A stretch of DNA of 64,000 nucleotides from a virus. Below the pieces are notes generated by a model. It saw only the letters and a program-made list of their open reading frames with translations. It did no database searches and had not been told where the DNA came from. The first letter of the stretch is position 1; each line of letters starts with the position of its first letter. Shown here piece after piece: positions 21,319 through 31,568 of this stretch. The position numbers and the translations under genes were made by a program. The DNA is taken from IMG/VR virus record IMGVR_UViG_3300020392_000008, positions 41,023 to 105,022 of that record; one strand, given 5' to 3'.

Positions 21319-23283
21319 ATGCAAAACCCATTGTCAAAAGGAGGAGGATTTACATCTTTAAAATTATCTAGTCTTAATTCTGAAAGTGGAAATAATCACG
21401 TATGGAATTCTGAAAAAGTTAATTCCATTATTCATAAAGTTTCTCAAGAAGGATTAGATATTAGAGGAATGCAAAATACTCCATTCAAAGAAAACGATAT
21501 CCTATTAAAAAGAGCAAACTTACCCTTTGAATATACTAAAGAGGAATGGAATCACATGCAAGAATGTAAAAAAAATCCCATGTATTTTGCTCAAAAATTT
21601 GCTTTTATAAGAACACCAAAAGGAGATATGTCTGTTGAAGAAGCAGGGGGTTTACGAGATTTTCAAGAACAACTTGTTAAGAACATGCATAACAATAAGT
21701 TTAATATACTTATGGCCAGTAGACAAATTGGTAAAACCGTTACAACAGCAATATACATAGTGTGGTTTTTACTATTTAATAAAGAGAAAAACGTACTAAT
21801 GGTAGCTGATAATATGACAACCACTAAAGAAATAATGGAAAAACTAAGAATAGTTTTAGATAATCTTCCTTTCTTTATGAAACCTGGAATTGTTAAAATA
21901 AATGAGTCATCTATTAGGTTAGACAATGACTGTAGATTAGTACTTAGAACAACTACAAAAAAGTCAGGTATTGGTATGACTGTGAACTTTCTTTATATAG
22001 ATGAATTTGCACATATATCAGAGTCTAACTTGGATAAGTTCTATAGAGCTATTTTACCCACAATTACAGAGGATCCATTTGCTAAAGTAGTTATAACATC
22101 TACCCCTAATGGTAGAAATAAATTTTGGGATATTTGGTCAGACGCCGTAGATGGAGAAAATGACTATAGCCCAATGAGAGTAGACTGGTGGCAAGTACCT
22201 GGAAGAGACGAAGAGTGGAAGAAAAAAACAATAGCTAACATGGGATCTGAAACAGATTTTAACCAGGAATATGGTTTGCAATTTTTTTCATCTGATCAAC
22301 TTTTATTATCTTCTAATGATCTTCAAAAGTTAGAGACCTTTCAATCAACGTATTTAAATACAACTTTAGACTTAGACGAGGACGATTTTTACATAAATGA
22401 ATATTTAACCTTTCATAAAAAATATAAAGACTTTAAATTAGAAGATTTTAAAAATGACCCTTCCTATTTTGTTTTTTCAATAGACACAGCAGATGGAGTA
22501 GATCAAGATTATTCAGTGCTAAATATATTTAAAGCAGTGGCTTTACCAATTAAAGATCTTTTAAAAAATAAAAATAATATTAAAAGCGAATTAGATTGTA
22601 TTTCCATGGTTCAAATAGGTAAATTTAAGTCTAACTCTTTGAATATCAACGACTTTGCAATAGCATGTGAAAAAATTATATATGAAATATTTAACCCAGA
22701 AAAAATAAGAATAATTTTAGAGTTAAATCATAAGGGAGAAATATTACATAACAGGTTTGCTCTAAATGAACAATACTGGTGGGGACAAATGGTTCACACT
22801 AAGCACACTGAATTATCTAAAAATATAAAAGCAGGTGTTAGATTAGGGCCTACTAATAAATTAAAATATTGTGAAAAGTTTAGGTATTATGTTTCCATTA
22901 ATAAGGTGTTAGTTACATGTTATGAAACTTTTTTAGAGTTATCTTCGTTTGGAAGATCTAGAGGAGGTTCCTATAGATGCCAAAGTGGAAATGATGACTT
23001 AGCAATGACATGTGTAAATATCGCTCCATTGTTTCAATCTCCTCAATTTTGGGAAATAGGAGGAGAGGTATATGAAAATACTTCAAATGAATATAAAAAA
23101 GAGCTATATGAAAAACTTATTGACGTAAGAGTTGACAAAACAGCGTTTGATTTTAATAGATTAAATGATTTAAATAATCAATTAAATCCTAGAGAATTTA
23201 AAACATCTGGAAAGAAAAGTGTATTCGATATCAACCACTTAAAAAAAATTCAAAAAATTAATAAAGATTTTTATAAATCTTAG
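21319..23283 (+). CDS. terL: Terminase large subunit (T4 gp17-like)
   Basis: LRDFQ, Walker A ASRQIGKT, Walker B LYIDEFAH, ITSTPNG, FNQEY, nuclease motifs SIDTADG and NDDLAM. Confidence 0.95.
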   Translation: MQNPLSKGGGFTSLKLSSLNSESGNNHVWNSEKVNSIIHKVSQEGLDIRGMQNTPFKENDILLKRANLPFEYTKEEWNHMQECKKNPMYFAQKFAFIRTPKGDMSVEEAGGLRDFQEQLVKNMHNNKFNILMASRQIGKTVTTAIYIVWFLLFNKEKNVLMVADNMTTTKEIMEKLRIVLDNLPFFMKPGIVKINESSIRLDNDCRLVLRTTTKKSGIGMTVNFLYIDEFAHISESNLDKFYRAILPTITEDPFAKVVITSTPNGRNKFWDIWSDAVDGENDYSPMRVDWWQVPGRDEEWKKKTIANMGSETDFNQEYGLQFFSSDQLLLSSNDLQKLETFQSTYLNTTLDLDEDDFYINEYLTFHKKYKDFKLEDFKNDPSYFVFSIDTADGVDQDYSVLNIFKAVALPIKDLLKNKNNIKSELDCISMVQIGKFKSNSLNINDFAIACEKIIYEIFNPEKIRIILELNHKGEILHNRFALNEQYWWGQMVHTKHTELSKNIKAGVRLGPTNKLKYCEKFRYYVSINKVLVTCYETFLELSSFGRSRGGSYRCQSGNDDLAMTCVNIAPLFQSPQFWEIGGEVYENTSNEYKKELYEKLIDVRVDKTAFDFNRLNDLNNQLNPREFKTSGKKSVFDINHLKKIQKINKDFYKS

Positions 23284-23335
23284 TTTACTTTTAGTATATT
23301 AATTTGTATATTTAGCCAAGTTGTAAAACAAAAAT

Positions 23336-23638
23336 ATGAAGCAAATAATTTTATCTGAAAAAAACGAAACCTTAGGAAATTTCTTAGTACAAAATAAAGA
23401 TGTTGTTTATTCGGCCCTTCTAGATTCAATAGAAAAACATTACTTAGATTTAAATAAAAATAACGTAGACGTTTTAAAAATACGGGCTAGGGATAAAACA
23501 ACACATATAACGTTGCTCAGAAAAGATTGGGCAAGAGGTCTTAAAAAGGCTATTAAATATTTTGAAAAACCAAACATTGAACAATATGAAAAATGTAAAC
23601 GCTGTCTAGATATAATAAATTTTCTTGAAAAAAAATAA
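23336..23638 (+). CDS. Hypothetical protein
   Basis: 100-aa ORF with C-terminal EQYEKC (UVR-like) motif. Confidence 0.7.
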   Translation: MKQIILSEKNETLGNFLVQNKDVVYSALLDSIEKHYLDLNKNNVDVLKIRARDKTTHITLLRKDWARGLKKAIKYFEKPNIEQYEKCKRCLDIINFLEKK

Positions 23639-23663
23639 ACAAAACCTTATACTAGAATATAAT
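23637..23663 (+). promoter_or_regulatory. AAAC-N16-ATATAAT promoter upstream of the ECF sigma gene
   Basis: Variant of the repeated motif, 23 nt before the ATG. Confidence 0.55.
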
Positions 23664-23686
23664 AACAAAAAAATAAAAAAAAAATT

Positions 23687-24352
23687 ATGCCTGCATTTGA
23701 TGAACTAAATAAAAAAATCAATAATAGAATTCAAGAAATATCAATAAAAATACATAAGAAAAAATACACTAAAAAAGAATATGAAGAAATAGCAGAACTA
23801 GTATATCCAAAATTAAAATATCATATTTGGAAGTTTTGTAAAAACGATTTAGACACCGAAGAAGCCCTTCACTTTACCCTAGTTAAAATATTTAATAATA
23901 TAGAAAAATATAACCCAGAATCAGGTAGATTTACTACTTGGGCATTTACAATAGCTAGAAATGAAACTTTGTATTATTTAGATAGAAAATATAAAGATAT
24001 TCCTAAATACATAGAAATATCTGCTTTATATGAAGATAGTAAATATAATGATCAGCTTTCTGCGGATCAAATTTCTAGTAATCATAATGAAGTAACTGAA
24101 ATATTTAATAAAACTATTAATGAAATATTTAATTTAGAAGACGAACTTTTAAAAAACATAGCCATTGATAAAATGGTAAATAATACTAAAGTTAAAGAGA
24201 TAGCAAAAAAATATAACATGCCTGAAAATACAGTCAAAACAAAACTTAGAAAAGCCAGGTTTGAAATACGAAAATCTGTTATCAGGAAAGACCCAGATGT
24301 AAATAAAAAATTATCAGACTCGTTACCTGATTTTAAAATAAAACAAAAATGA
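23687..24352 (+). CDS. ECF-type RNA polymerase sigma factor
   Basis: Region 2 (DTEEALHFTLVKIF...FTTWAFTIARNE) and region 4 HTH (KEIAKKYNMPENTVKTKLRKAR). Confidence 0.9.
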   Translation: MPAFDELNKKINNRIQEISIKIHKKKYTKKEYEEIAELVYPKLKYHIWKFCKNDLDTEEALHFTLVKIFNNIEKYNPESGRFTTWAFTIARNETLYYLDRKYKDIPKYIEISALYEDSKYNDQLSADQISSNHNEVTEIFNKTINEIFNLEDELLKNIAIDKMVNNTKVKEIAKKYNMPENTVKTKLRKARFEIRKSVIRKDPDVNKKLSDSLPDFKIKQK

Positions 24353-24867
24353 AAAAAATACTTAATTATTTTAATCCTTTTAATATCATACTTAGGTTTT
24401 ACCTCATGACAAAGGAGTTAATATTTTTTATTTCCTATGTACGAGGTGTTAGAAAAATTGAATTAGAATTAGAAAGTAGAAATATATTTAAATATTCATG
24501 GTTTTCATACGTAAAGGCGGTTAATTTAAAAGCAGAAACATTATCCTTAATGAATAAACCAGAGGCTGAATTAGATAAAGATGAAAAAAAGGAACTGGAA
24601 AAATTAGAACTAAGTTTCGTAAGTAGAGAAATATCAAAGTATAATGATATCTTTTTAAAAAACAGTTTAATAGAGCTTATAAAAACTAAAGCAGAAAGGG
24701 TTAAAAATTCAGATTTTTATGGATACATGGTTATAATATCCTTTAATTGGAAAGAGGCTTCTCTTTATAACTTCTTAAGAACTCTACTTCACTTTTTTAT
24801 ATTACTAGTGTTTTTTACCATATTACCCTATGATGCTATTTATAATTATATTACCTCTTTTTTCTAA
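24349..24867 (+). CDS. Hypothetical protein with C-terminal TM segment
   Basis: ATGA overlap with the sigma gene; hydrophobic C-terminus. Confidence 0.7.
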   Translation: MKKILNYFNPFNIILRFYLMTKELIFFISYVRGVRKIELELESRNIFKYSWFSYVKAVNLKAETLSLMNKPEAELDKDEKKELEKLELSFVSREISKYNDIFLKNSLIELIKTKAERVKNSDFYGYMVIISFNWKEASLYNFLRTLLHFFILLVFFTILPYDAIYNYITSFF

Positions 24868-24891
24868 TAAATAAAAAAAAATATTAAATAT

Positions 24892-25215
24892 ATGAAAATT
24901 AAAGAGATAGTATCAAAATGGTCTTGGCAAATCATATCAATATTATTTGTTTTATTATATTTCGGTAAAGGATGTACCCATAAAAAAGTTAGTAAAATAG
25001 ATAAAAAACTAGAAGAAAAAACAATTATTCTTTCAAATTCTATAGATTCTCTTTCTATGGAATTAAATAAACTTAAAGAATCTACTGCTAATAAGAAAGA
25101 AGTAACTGATATTATGGAAAAAGTAATGTTAGAATACTTGATATATGAAGATGATTTAGATAAAGGAAAAACAAGCCTATCCCAAATAAAAAATAAGATA
25201 GAAGAAAATGATTAA
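24892..25215 (+). CDS. Membrane-anchored coiled-coil protein
   Basis: N-terminal TM ending in FGKGC, followed by a coiled coil. Confidence 0.7.
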   Translation: MKIKEIVSKWSWQIISILFVLLYFGKGCTHKKVSKIDKKLEEKTIILSNSIDSLSMELNKLKESTANKKEVTDIMEKVMLEYLIYEDDLDKGKTSLSQIKNKIEEND

Positions 25216-25906
25216 ATGGATAAAAAATAATAGAAATACTATTATTAGAAATTCATTTTTATTACCCATTCTTTTAGTAGTTATTATGTCAATTAGCCAT
25301 GTGGTTAGTTGGTATGATATAGGTAACCCTCTTTCATGGGCAATATATTTGTCTGTTGCTGTTGAGATATTCGCGTTAGCTTCTGTTTCTGCAGCAACTA
25401 TAAAAATGAGTAAAGGTAGTATATGGTTTTTATTCATTCTTGTTACTTTAATTCAATTAATAGGTAATGTTTTTTACGAATATAAGGAAATATCATTAAC
25501 CGATTTAGGTTTTATATCTTGGGTTGAATTAGTTACACCATGGTTTGATGACTGGACGATATTAGATCATAAAAGATTCTTGGCCCTTATACAGGGTGGA
25601 ACCCTTCCAATTATGTCATTAACTTCTTTACATTTTTACATACAATTTAATGATAACCTTGAAGATCATACTACAGTTATAGAAAATAAAAATGATGATA
25701 CTGAGTATCAAACACAATTAGACGACAAAGTAGAAGAATTTAAAACAGAAGAAATAGTTACTAAAAAATATAAAAAAGAAAGTGATACTATTCTAGATTC
25801 AACTAATCCCAATGATCCAAAAAGATATATAAAAAAAACGGACACTGATTACAGGGCCTCTAAAGGTATAAAAAGTGGACGTCCTCAAAAAAATTGGGGA
25901 AAATAA
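25208..25906 (+). CDS. Multi-pass membrane protein with charged C-terminal tail
   Basis: Three to four hydrophobic helices in the first 145 aa. Confidence 0.75.
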   Translation: MIKWIKNNRNTIIRNSFLLPILLVVIMSISHVVSWYDIGNPLSWAIYLSVAVEIFALASVSAATIKMSKGSIWFLFILVTLIQLIGNVFYEYKEISLTDLGFISWVELVTPWFDDWTILDHKRFLALIQGGTLPIMSLTSLHFYIQFNDNLEDHTTVIENKNDDTEYQTQLDDKVEEFKTEEIVTKKYKKESDTILDSTNPNDPKRYIKKTDTDYRASKGIKSGRPQKNWGK

Positions 25907-25917
25907 ATTTATAACTA

Positions 25918-26487
25918 ATGGGTAATTGTAAAGGAGGATGTGTTAATAATCTTTGTGCATGTACTACTGTAGCCAGTAAACCTTTGCTTGTAGCAGGCGA
26001 TAAAGAGTTTACAATAGGCGATGGGGCAGATACTATTGGAAAATTTAACTTAAACGACTTTGCTTTTCCAGTTGATGGAAAACAGTGCATGGAATTAGAA
26101 ATACCTAAATCTATTTCTGGTGCACAGTGGAAAACTCTAACAATATTTGACAACGAAATTGATATAAATTTTCAAGCGTCACCGGCCGAAACTATAGATC
26201 ATAATATTTCTTATGTAAGAGGTATATTATTAAAAATAAAATATCAAGAAGAAGACGAAAACCTGGAAGAAGTTCCATTAAAAGAAAAAAAATGTTATAT
26301 AACTGTTATAAATTCTTTGAACGAAGAATGTACATATCCATTATATGACTTTTTTAGCATTTTTACAAACCCTGTAACTGACGACCCTGCTGAGTTTATA
26401 AATAAAATAGTTATAAGCAACCCGAGTACTAAACATTCAATATATGTTGACGCACTAATATTGTATACAAAAACAAGTACTTTATAA
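25918..26487 (+). CDS. Hypothetical protein
   Basis: 189-aa ORF with a Cys-rich N-terminus. Confidence 0.7.
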   Translation: MGNCKGGCVNNLCACTTVASKPLLVAGDKEFTIGDGADTIGKFNLNDFAFPVDGKQCMELEIPKSISGAQWKTLTIFDNEIDINFQASPAETIDHNISYVRGILLKIKYQEEDENLEEVPLKEKKCYITVINSLNEECTYPLYDFFSIFTNPVTDDPAEFINKIVISNPSTKHSIYVDALILYTKTSTL

Positions 26488-26504
26488 AAAATAATAATAT
26501 TAAC

Positions 26505-26909
26505 ATGGTATCACCACAAAGCGCAACCGAATTAATTGAACTAAAACATTTTGATCTAGCCGGAGACGATTATATTCCAACGTGGATAAGTACATCTAAA
26601 AGAGGATCTAGTGCAACTATTGGATATTATCAAATTGGCTCAACTTCACAGCATGGATTAACCCATTCTCCTGTATATAGAATGATTTTTGATAATATAG
26701 ACAACGTAGCTGCTACCCATATAAAAATATGGGGAATAAGCAATGATGTAGATGCTGTTATATTTTCAGTAAGTTACTTAAGGGGAAAAACATTAGATGT
26801 CTTTTTAAATAAGTTTGAATTCACAAATGAATTTGGTGATTTAATGGATCCAGTAGAACCCTATACAATAATAGGCTGTAAGAAAAAATCAATGCCCGTA
26901 ACATACTAA
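26505..26909 (+). CDS. Hypothetical protein
   Basis: 134-aa ORF within an operon. Confidence 0.7.
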   Translation: MVSPQSATELIELKHFDLAGDDYIPTWISTSKRGSSATIGYYQIGSTSQHGLTHSPVYRMIFDNIDNVAATHIKIWGISNDVDAVIFSVSYLRGKTLDVFLNKFEFTNEFGDLMDPVEPYTIIGCKKKSMPVTY

Positions 26910-27406
26910 TGGAATTCATTTACGAAAATAACATAGTAATGACATATGCTCAACACAGTGATTTTACTAGGGGACTTCCTTTTTATGGTGAGAAAGGAGA
27001 TTTTAACTTTGTCATGGGACGAAGTCAATTTACCCCAGGCATATCAATTAAAATACTTCCACTTAGTGACTTGTCTAGAAACGCAGACGTGGGTATAACT
27101 GAATTTCAACAATATGTAAATACTATTAACAATATGTTTAAACCCGGAGACAGAATAAGGGGAATAGAAATGAACTCAATGTTAAACGAAGATGATGAAG
27201 AAGGAACACAAGTAGTAGGAAAATTTGATAAAATAAAAGTAGACTATGAAAATAAACAAATAAGAGCTTTTGTAAAAGATCCATCTACTTTAAAATCTAC
27301 TGAAGTATATCCTGGAACAATGGAAAGGCTTATGGAAAGCGCATCATACAAAAATAAAGATTCCTATTTAATACCTAATTTTAATAAATTTATAGAAAAG
27401 CTATAA
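26909..27406 (+). CDS. Hypothetical protein (SH3-like segment) with C-terminal tag-like motif
   Basis: FKPGDRIRG; ends LMES...LIPNFNKFIEKL. Confidence 0.7.
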   Translation: MEFIYENNIVMTYAQHSDFTRGLPFYGEKGDFNFVMGRSQFTPGISIKILPLSDLSRNADVGITEFQQYVNTINNMFKPGDRIRGIEMNSMLNEDDEEGTQVVGKFDKIKVDYENKQIRAFVKDPSTLKSTEVYPGTMERLMESASYKNKDSYLIPNFNKFIEKL

Positions 27407-27417
27407 TATACTAGCAA

Positions 27418-27444
27418 AAACTTTATCTACCATCTTTGTATAAT
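27418..27444 (+). promoter_or_regulatory. AAAC-N16-GTATAAT promoter
   Basis: Intergenic, upstream of the gp26-like gene. Confidence 0.65.
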
Positions 27445-27479
27445 ATCTTTATAGATAATAAAAAAATCAAATTATACAT

Positions 27480-28463
27480 ATGGATAATAAAGATGATCTA
27501 GCTAAAGAAGCCCTAGGTGAACTTGAAGCCAGTAGTCAATTAGAATACGATAAATCTGAAAAAGAAAAACCAAAAAAAGTAACCAGCTTAGGAAAAGCTT
27601 CAATATCTTCCACCGTTGATACAATGGCAAATGAATCAGGTTGGAAATTAGTAGCTTTAAATAATCTTCCTTCTCAAGGTTTTTTCTATGATAGAAATAT
27701 TGAAATACTAATAAAGTCTGCTAAAACTAAAGAAATAAGACATTGGTCTACTATAGATGAACACGACCCTATAGATGTTTCTGATAAAATAGCATTTGTA
27801 ACAGATTCATGTAGTAAGTTAAATATAAAGGGAGAAATAAAAAATTTAAATTCTAATGATATATTAGAAATTGACAAATATCAAACTTTATTTAAAATAC
27901 ATAGATTGACTTTTCCAAATAATGAAAATGTTTTAAAGGCAAATATTAAATGTTCAAATACCAAATGTGGACATGTTAATTCTATACCGGTAAGTGATAC
28001 TAATTTACAAGGATTTCAAATTCCAGAAGAAATGATAGAATTTTACTCAGAAGAAGAAAGATGCTTTATTATAAATTCTGAAAAATTAGGAGAAACTATA
28101 AAATTGTACATGCCAACTATAGGATCAACTAAGCTTATTAATGAATATAAAAAATTATGTAAAAGAAGAGGGTATAATGAAGATAAATCAATAGATAATA
28201 TTTTGCCTTATCTTATACCTAGTTGGAAAAACACTGAAGTTTCTGAATTGTTTAGTATTAGAAACCAGAGTAATAACTGGTCTCAAAATAAATTTATTTT
28301 TTTACACAAAGCTACTGAACTATTATCTCTTAATTCCAAAAATAAAGTACTTGGAATTTGTGAAAAATGCAGTAATAAAATGGCCTCTTCTATTTTTTTG
28401 GGAGGAAGCTTCACAGCAAAAGATATTTTCATTGTTTCAACTAGACTTAGAGACCTTGTTTGA
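27480..28463 (+). CDS. Baseplate hub assembly protein (T4 gp26-like)
   Basis: LPSQGFFY, two CxxC-type pairs (CSNTKC, CEKC), IKLYMPT. Confidence 0.7.
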   Translation: MDNKDDLAKEALGELEASSQLEYDKSEKEKPKKVTSLGKASISSTVDTMANESGWKLVALNNLPSQGFFYDRNIEILIKSAKTKEIRHWSTIDEHDPIDVSDKIAFVTDSCSKLNIKGEIKNLNSNDILEIDKYQTLFKIHRLTFPNNENVLKANIKCSNTKCGHVNSIPVSDTNLQGFQIPEEMIEFYSEEERCFIINSEKLGETIKLYMPTIGSTKLINEYKKLCKRRGYNEDKSIDNILPYLIPSWKNTEVSELFSIRNQSNNWSQNKFIFLHKATELLSLNSKNKVLGICEKCSNKMASSIFLGGSFTAKDIFIVSTRLRDLV

Positions 28464-28671
28464 TATAAATATGGAATTAGCTGTGAAGCTTAATCAAAGC
28501 TTAGATACACTATACGACTTAGATTTTTTAGAATATTCAATGCTTGTTTCTTCTATTAAAAGAAAAATAAAAGAAAAAAATGAAAGCCAATCTTCTTCAG
28601 ATGACGTATACTTTGATAACTCAAAACCAACTAAGTTAGGAATACCAGATAACTTAAAAATGGGTAGATAA
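28432..28671 (+). CDS. Baseplate hub assembly catalyst/tail chaperone (gp51-like); start uncertain
   Basis: LETLFDINMELAVKLNQSLDTLYDLDFLEY..L resembles the small protein that follows gp26 in T4-like phages; candidate starts TTG 28432 or ATG 28471. Confidence 0.55.
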   Translation: MFQLDLETLFDINMELAVKLNQSLDTLYDLDFLEYSMLVSSIKRKIKEKNESQSSSDDVYFDNSKPTKLGIPDNLKMGR

Positions 28672-28694
28672 ATAATAAAAACACTTGTCAGTTA

Positions 28695-30500
28695 ATGGCT
28701 TCTGAAAATTTAAACTCTTTTATAACCCTATATAAGGAAAAGGCTCAGTTATCCCTAGATAAAGCAACTAAAACGCTTGAAAAAAGACAGGGCCAACTTG
28801 AAACGTTTAACACGTTACGACCTCTTCTTTTAGAGGAAGCTAAATCGCTTGACTTTTTAGAAGACTTTGAAAGACTTTTTCCTGAGAATGGAGATAGTCC
28901 TTTTTTTTCACAATCTGATCTTAACGCATATGTTGGAATGCTAGAGTTAGTTGATGACTCAAAGCAATTAAAGGCTTTTTATAAAATATCAAGGGCCCCT
29001 AAAAGATTAGAAACTGCTAAGGAGTATTTAAAGTATGCTGAAGCCGATCTAGCCAGAGACCCGGAAGAATATCTAGGCAAACTCCATGGTGCGCTAATAG
29101 GAGAGCTTGCTAAATCAGCCAGTATGGGTGCTGGAAATATAGATTCATTAAAACAAAAAGTTTTCGAAGATCAGGATTCATATGAGGATATAATAGAATA
29201 TGCGGCAGAAAATGTAGATGGCCCAAGAGGGGTTAAAACTAACCCTGCTACATATGCGGCCTTAAAAGAATTAGTAAACAGTAGTTCTAACACGGAATCA
29301 GCGGATTCAGAAAACATAGAAACACAAGAGGTTTCTCCAATAAATGAAGAAGATTCAACCAATGATGTTGATTTAGAAAAAGAATCATCGGCTATAAACG
29401 AAACTGAAGAAGAAATTATATTAGAAGAAGATTCTAAAGAATTAGCTGAACCTATTGAAGAACCGGAAGTATCGCCTGAAACGGTTGTGGAAAGTTCAGG
29501 TTTAGATATTCCCGAAGAAAAAGAAGAGGTTTTACAGGAAATAGAAGAACCTATAAGTGAACCTTCTCCGGTAGAGTCTCCGCCTTCTATATCATCTGAT
29601 TCCCCCGTTTTACAAGAAACAAATGACGATAAAGAATTAGAAAGTAAATCTATAAACGAGGTTCCTATTCAAAAAGCAGAAGAATTACCTTCTTTAGAAA
29701 CAACTGAAGTTGTAAATAACATAACTAACATAGATAATATTTCAGAGGATAGTACTAATACGACTACTAATATAGAAGAAAATACAGGAGACATTAATAC
29801 TAACACTATAAATGATATTAAAAAGCCTATTACTACATCTGGTGAAGGTACTATTTATCAGCAAGCCGCTGTTTCTGGGCCTAGTAGTTTTTTAAATAGT
29901 TTTTTACAAGACATAACAGGAATGTCTAACGAAGAAATGAATGCTATAACTAATATGGGTTCTTCGGTTGTAAACAATATGAGTAATGAATCTAATATTG
30001 AAAATATTAACACAACCGCCATGGAATCATCTATAGGAGACTCTATAAAAGAATCTAATATATCTAGTATAAATCAAGTGGAAAACATCACAGGTGGCAT
30101 CTCTAGTGCAATGGATGAAACTAAAAGTTTAGTTAATAATAATATTTCAGAAAATTTTGAAAAAAATTCAAATTTTAGCTCGTTTGAAGAATCTTCTATA
30201 ATTAAACCTGAACCTATTACAAAAGAAGATATTGGTTCAGTTGGTAAAGATATATCTAGTGAAATAACTTCTACTATGTCTTTATCTAGCGGCGATAATG
30301 AGCCCACTTCTTCATCTAATAATTCTATAATGGAAAATTCAACAGCTAGTTCTACTCAACCAGCTATGAATAAAGCTAGTGGTGAAGGAGATAACGTAAT
30401 GATTGAAGAATCCAGTATAGATACTGCCACTTTAGAAAAAAGATTAAAGAACATAGAAATATTACTAATGGGTCCTTTAGAAGTTAAAATAAAAAATTAA
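28695..30500 (+). CDS. Acidic low-complexity protein (Glu/Pro/Ser/Asn-rich)
   Basis: 601-aa ORF preceded by GATAAATA. Confidence 0.75.
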   Translation: MASENLNSFITLYKEKAQLSLDKATKTLEKRQGQLETFNTLRPLLLEEAKSLDFLEDFERLFPENGDSPFFSQSDLNAYVGMLELVDDSKQLKAFYKISRAPKRLETAKEYLKYAEADLARDPEEYLGKLHGALIGELAKSASMGAGNIDSLKQKVFEDQDSYEDIIEYAAENVDGPRGVKTNPATYAALKELVNSSSNTESADSENIETQEVSPINEEDSTNDVDLEKESSAINETEEEIILEEDSKELAEPIEEPEVSPETVVESSGLDIPEEKEEVLQEIEEPISEPSPVESPPSISSDSPVLQETNDDKELESKSINEVPIQKAEELPSLETTEVVNNITNIDNISEDSTNTTTNIEENTGDINTNTINDIKKPITTSGEGTIYQQAAVSGPSSFLNSFLQDITGMSNEEMNAITNMGSSVVNNMSNESNIENINTTAMESSIGDSIKESNISSINQVENITGGISSAMDETKSLVNNNISENFEKNSNFSSFEESSIIKPEPITKEDIGSVGKDISSEITSTMSLSSGDNEPTSSSNNSIMENSTASSTQPAMNKASGEGDNVMIEESSIDTATLEKRLKNIEILLMGPLEVKIKN

Positions 30501-30501
30501 T

Positions 30502-30717
30502 ATGAATAATTTAAAAAGTGAATTAAACACGATCGTAAAAGAATATTCAAGGCTACATGAAAATTTAAATACTCTTGAAAAACAAATATCTCAACAGATG
30601 TCTACATATAATGACTTAAAAATTAAACTGGACTCACTTAGAGCTAGAGAAAAAGAAATAATAAATAATATAGAAAAAGAGACAGGTAAAAAGGTAAATA
30701 TAATGGACTATTTATGA
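30502..30717 (+). CDS. Small coiled-coil protein
   Basis: 71-aa ORF with a heptad pattern. Confidence 0.65.
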   Translation: MNNLKSELNTIVKEYSRLHENLNTLEKQISQQMSTYNDLKIKLDSLRAREKEIINNIEKETGKKVNIMDYL

Positions 30718-31553
30718 TTAATATAATGAACATATTAGGTAATATTTTAAAGTTTATAACCGATCCTAAAAATACTAGAATGCTTTTATTTGCTTTAATA
30801 GTTGGATTATTTCTATTACTACTTAGGCAATGTGGAAAAACTAAGGAAGCAAAGCAGGAGGTTATTAAAACACAAGAACAAGTTCTTAGAGTTAAGAATA
30901 ATTATGAAGCTTCTCAAGATTCTATAATTACGTATAGGTTAGACAATGAAACAATGAGAACAGAAAAAAAAGGATTTGAATTAACAATAGACGAACTAAA
31001 AAACGAGTATCAAGATTTATTAGGTAAACTTAAATTAGAAAAAAGTAAACCTCCAAAGGTAGTTATTAAAACAGAATATTTAATAAAGGAAGTTATTACA
31101 GAAGTCCCTATATATGTTACTTCAGATAGTTCTGGTAGTAATATAACTTTTTTAGATAGTATATCTCATAATGAAAATAATTACAGGGTTCTTTCGGGTA
31201 ACATTCCATTTAAAATTGATACTCTAAACGATAGCACTGTAATAAAACCAGACAAGGGAACCTTTATGTTAGATTTAGGCATGAGCCTTGATTTAGCATT
31301 ACTTAAAGATAAAGAAACTAAAAAGATAAATATAATAGTAGATACAGATTATCCCGGTGTAAAGTTTACTAAAATAAATGGAGCTAGCATACTGGATAAC
31401 CCTGCAAATAAAAAAACATTAAGACAACTTAGAAAAAATTGGAGCTTAGGATTTCAAGTAGGATATGGATTAAACGTAAATAACAATGGTATTTTTAGTT
31501 CACCATATTTTGGACTAGGATTAAATTATTCACCAAAGTTTTTACAGTGGTAA
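30714..31553 (+). CDS. Envelope protein: N-terminal TM, coiled coil, C-terminal beta-hairpin
   Basis: LLFALIVGLFLLLLRQC; C-terminal WSLGFQVGYG...PYFGLGLNYSPKFLQW. Confidence 0.7.
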   Translation: MINIMNILGNILKFITDPKNTRMLLFALIVGLFLLLLRQCGKTKEAKQEVIKTQEQVLRVKNNYEASQDSIITYRLDNETMRTEKKGFELTIDELKNEYQDLLGKLKLEKSKPPKVVIKTEYLIKEVITEVPIYVTSDSSGSNITFLDSISHNENNYRVLSGNIPFKIDTLNDSTVIKPDKGTFMLDLGMSLDLALLKDKETKKINIIVDTDYPGVKFTKINGASILDNPANKKTLRQLRKNWSLGFQVGYGLNVNNNGIFSSPYFGLGLNYSPKFLQW

Positions 31554-31568
31554 AAAAATATACATTAA

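Noticed and set aside
21319-23283. Intein or intron in terL
   Set aside because: The ATPase and nuclease motifs are contiguous, with no intein boundary motifs or LAGLIDADG block.
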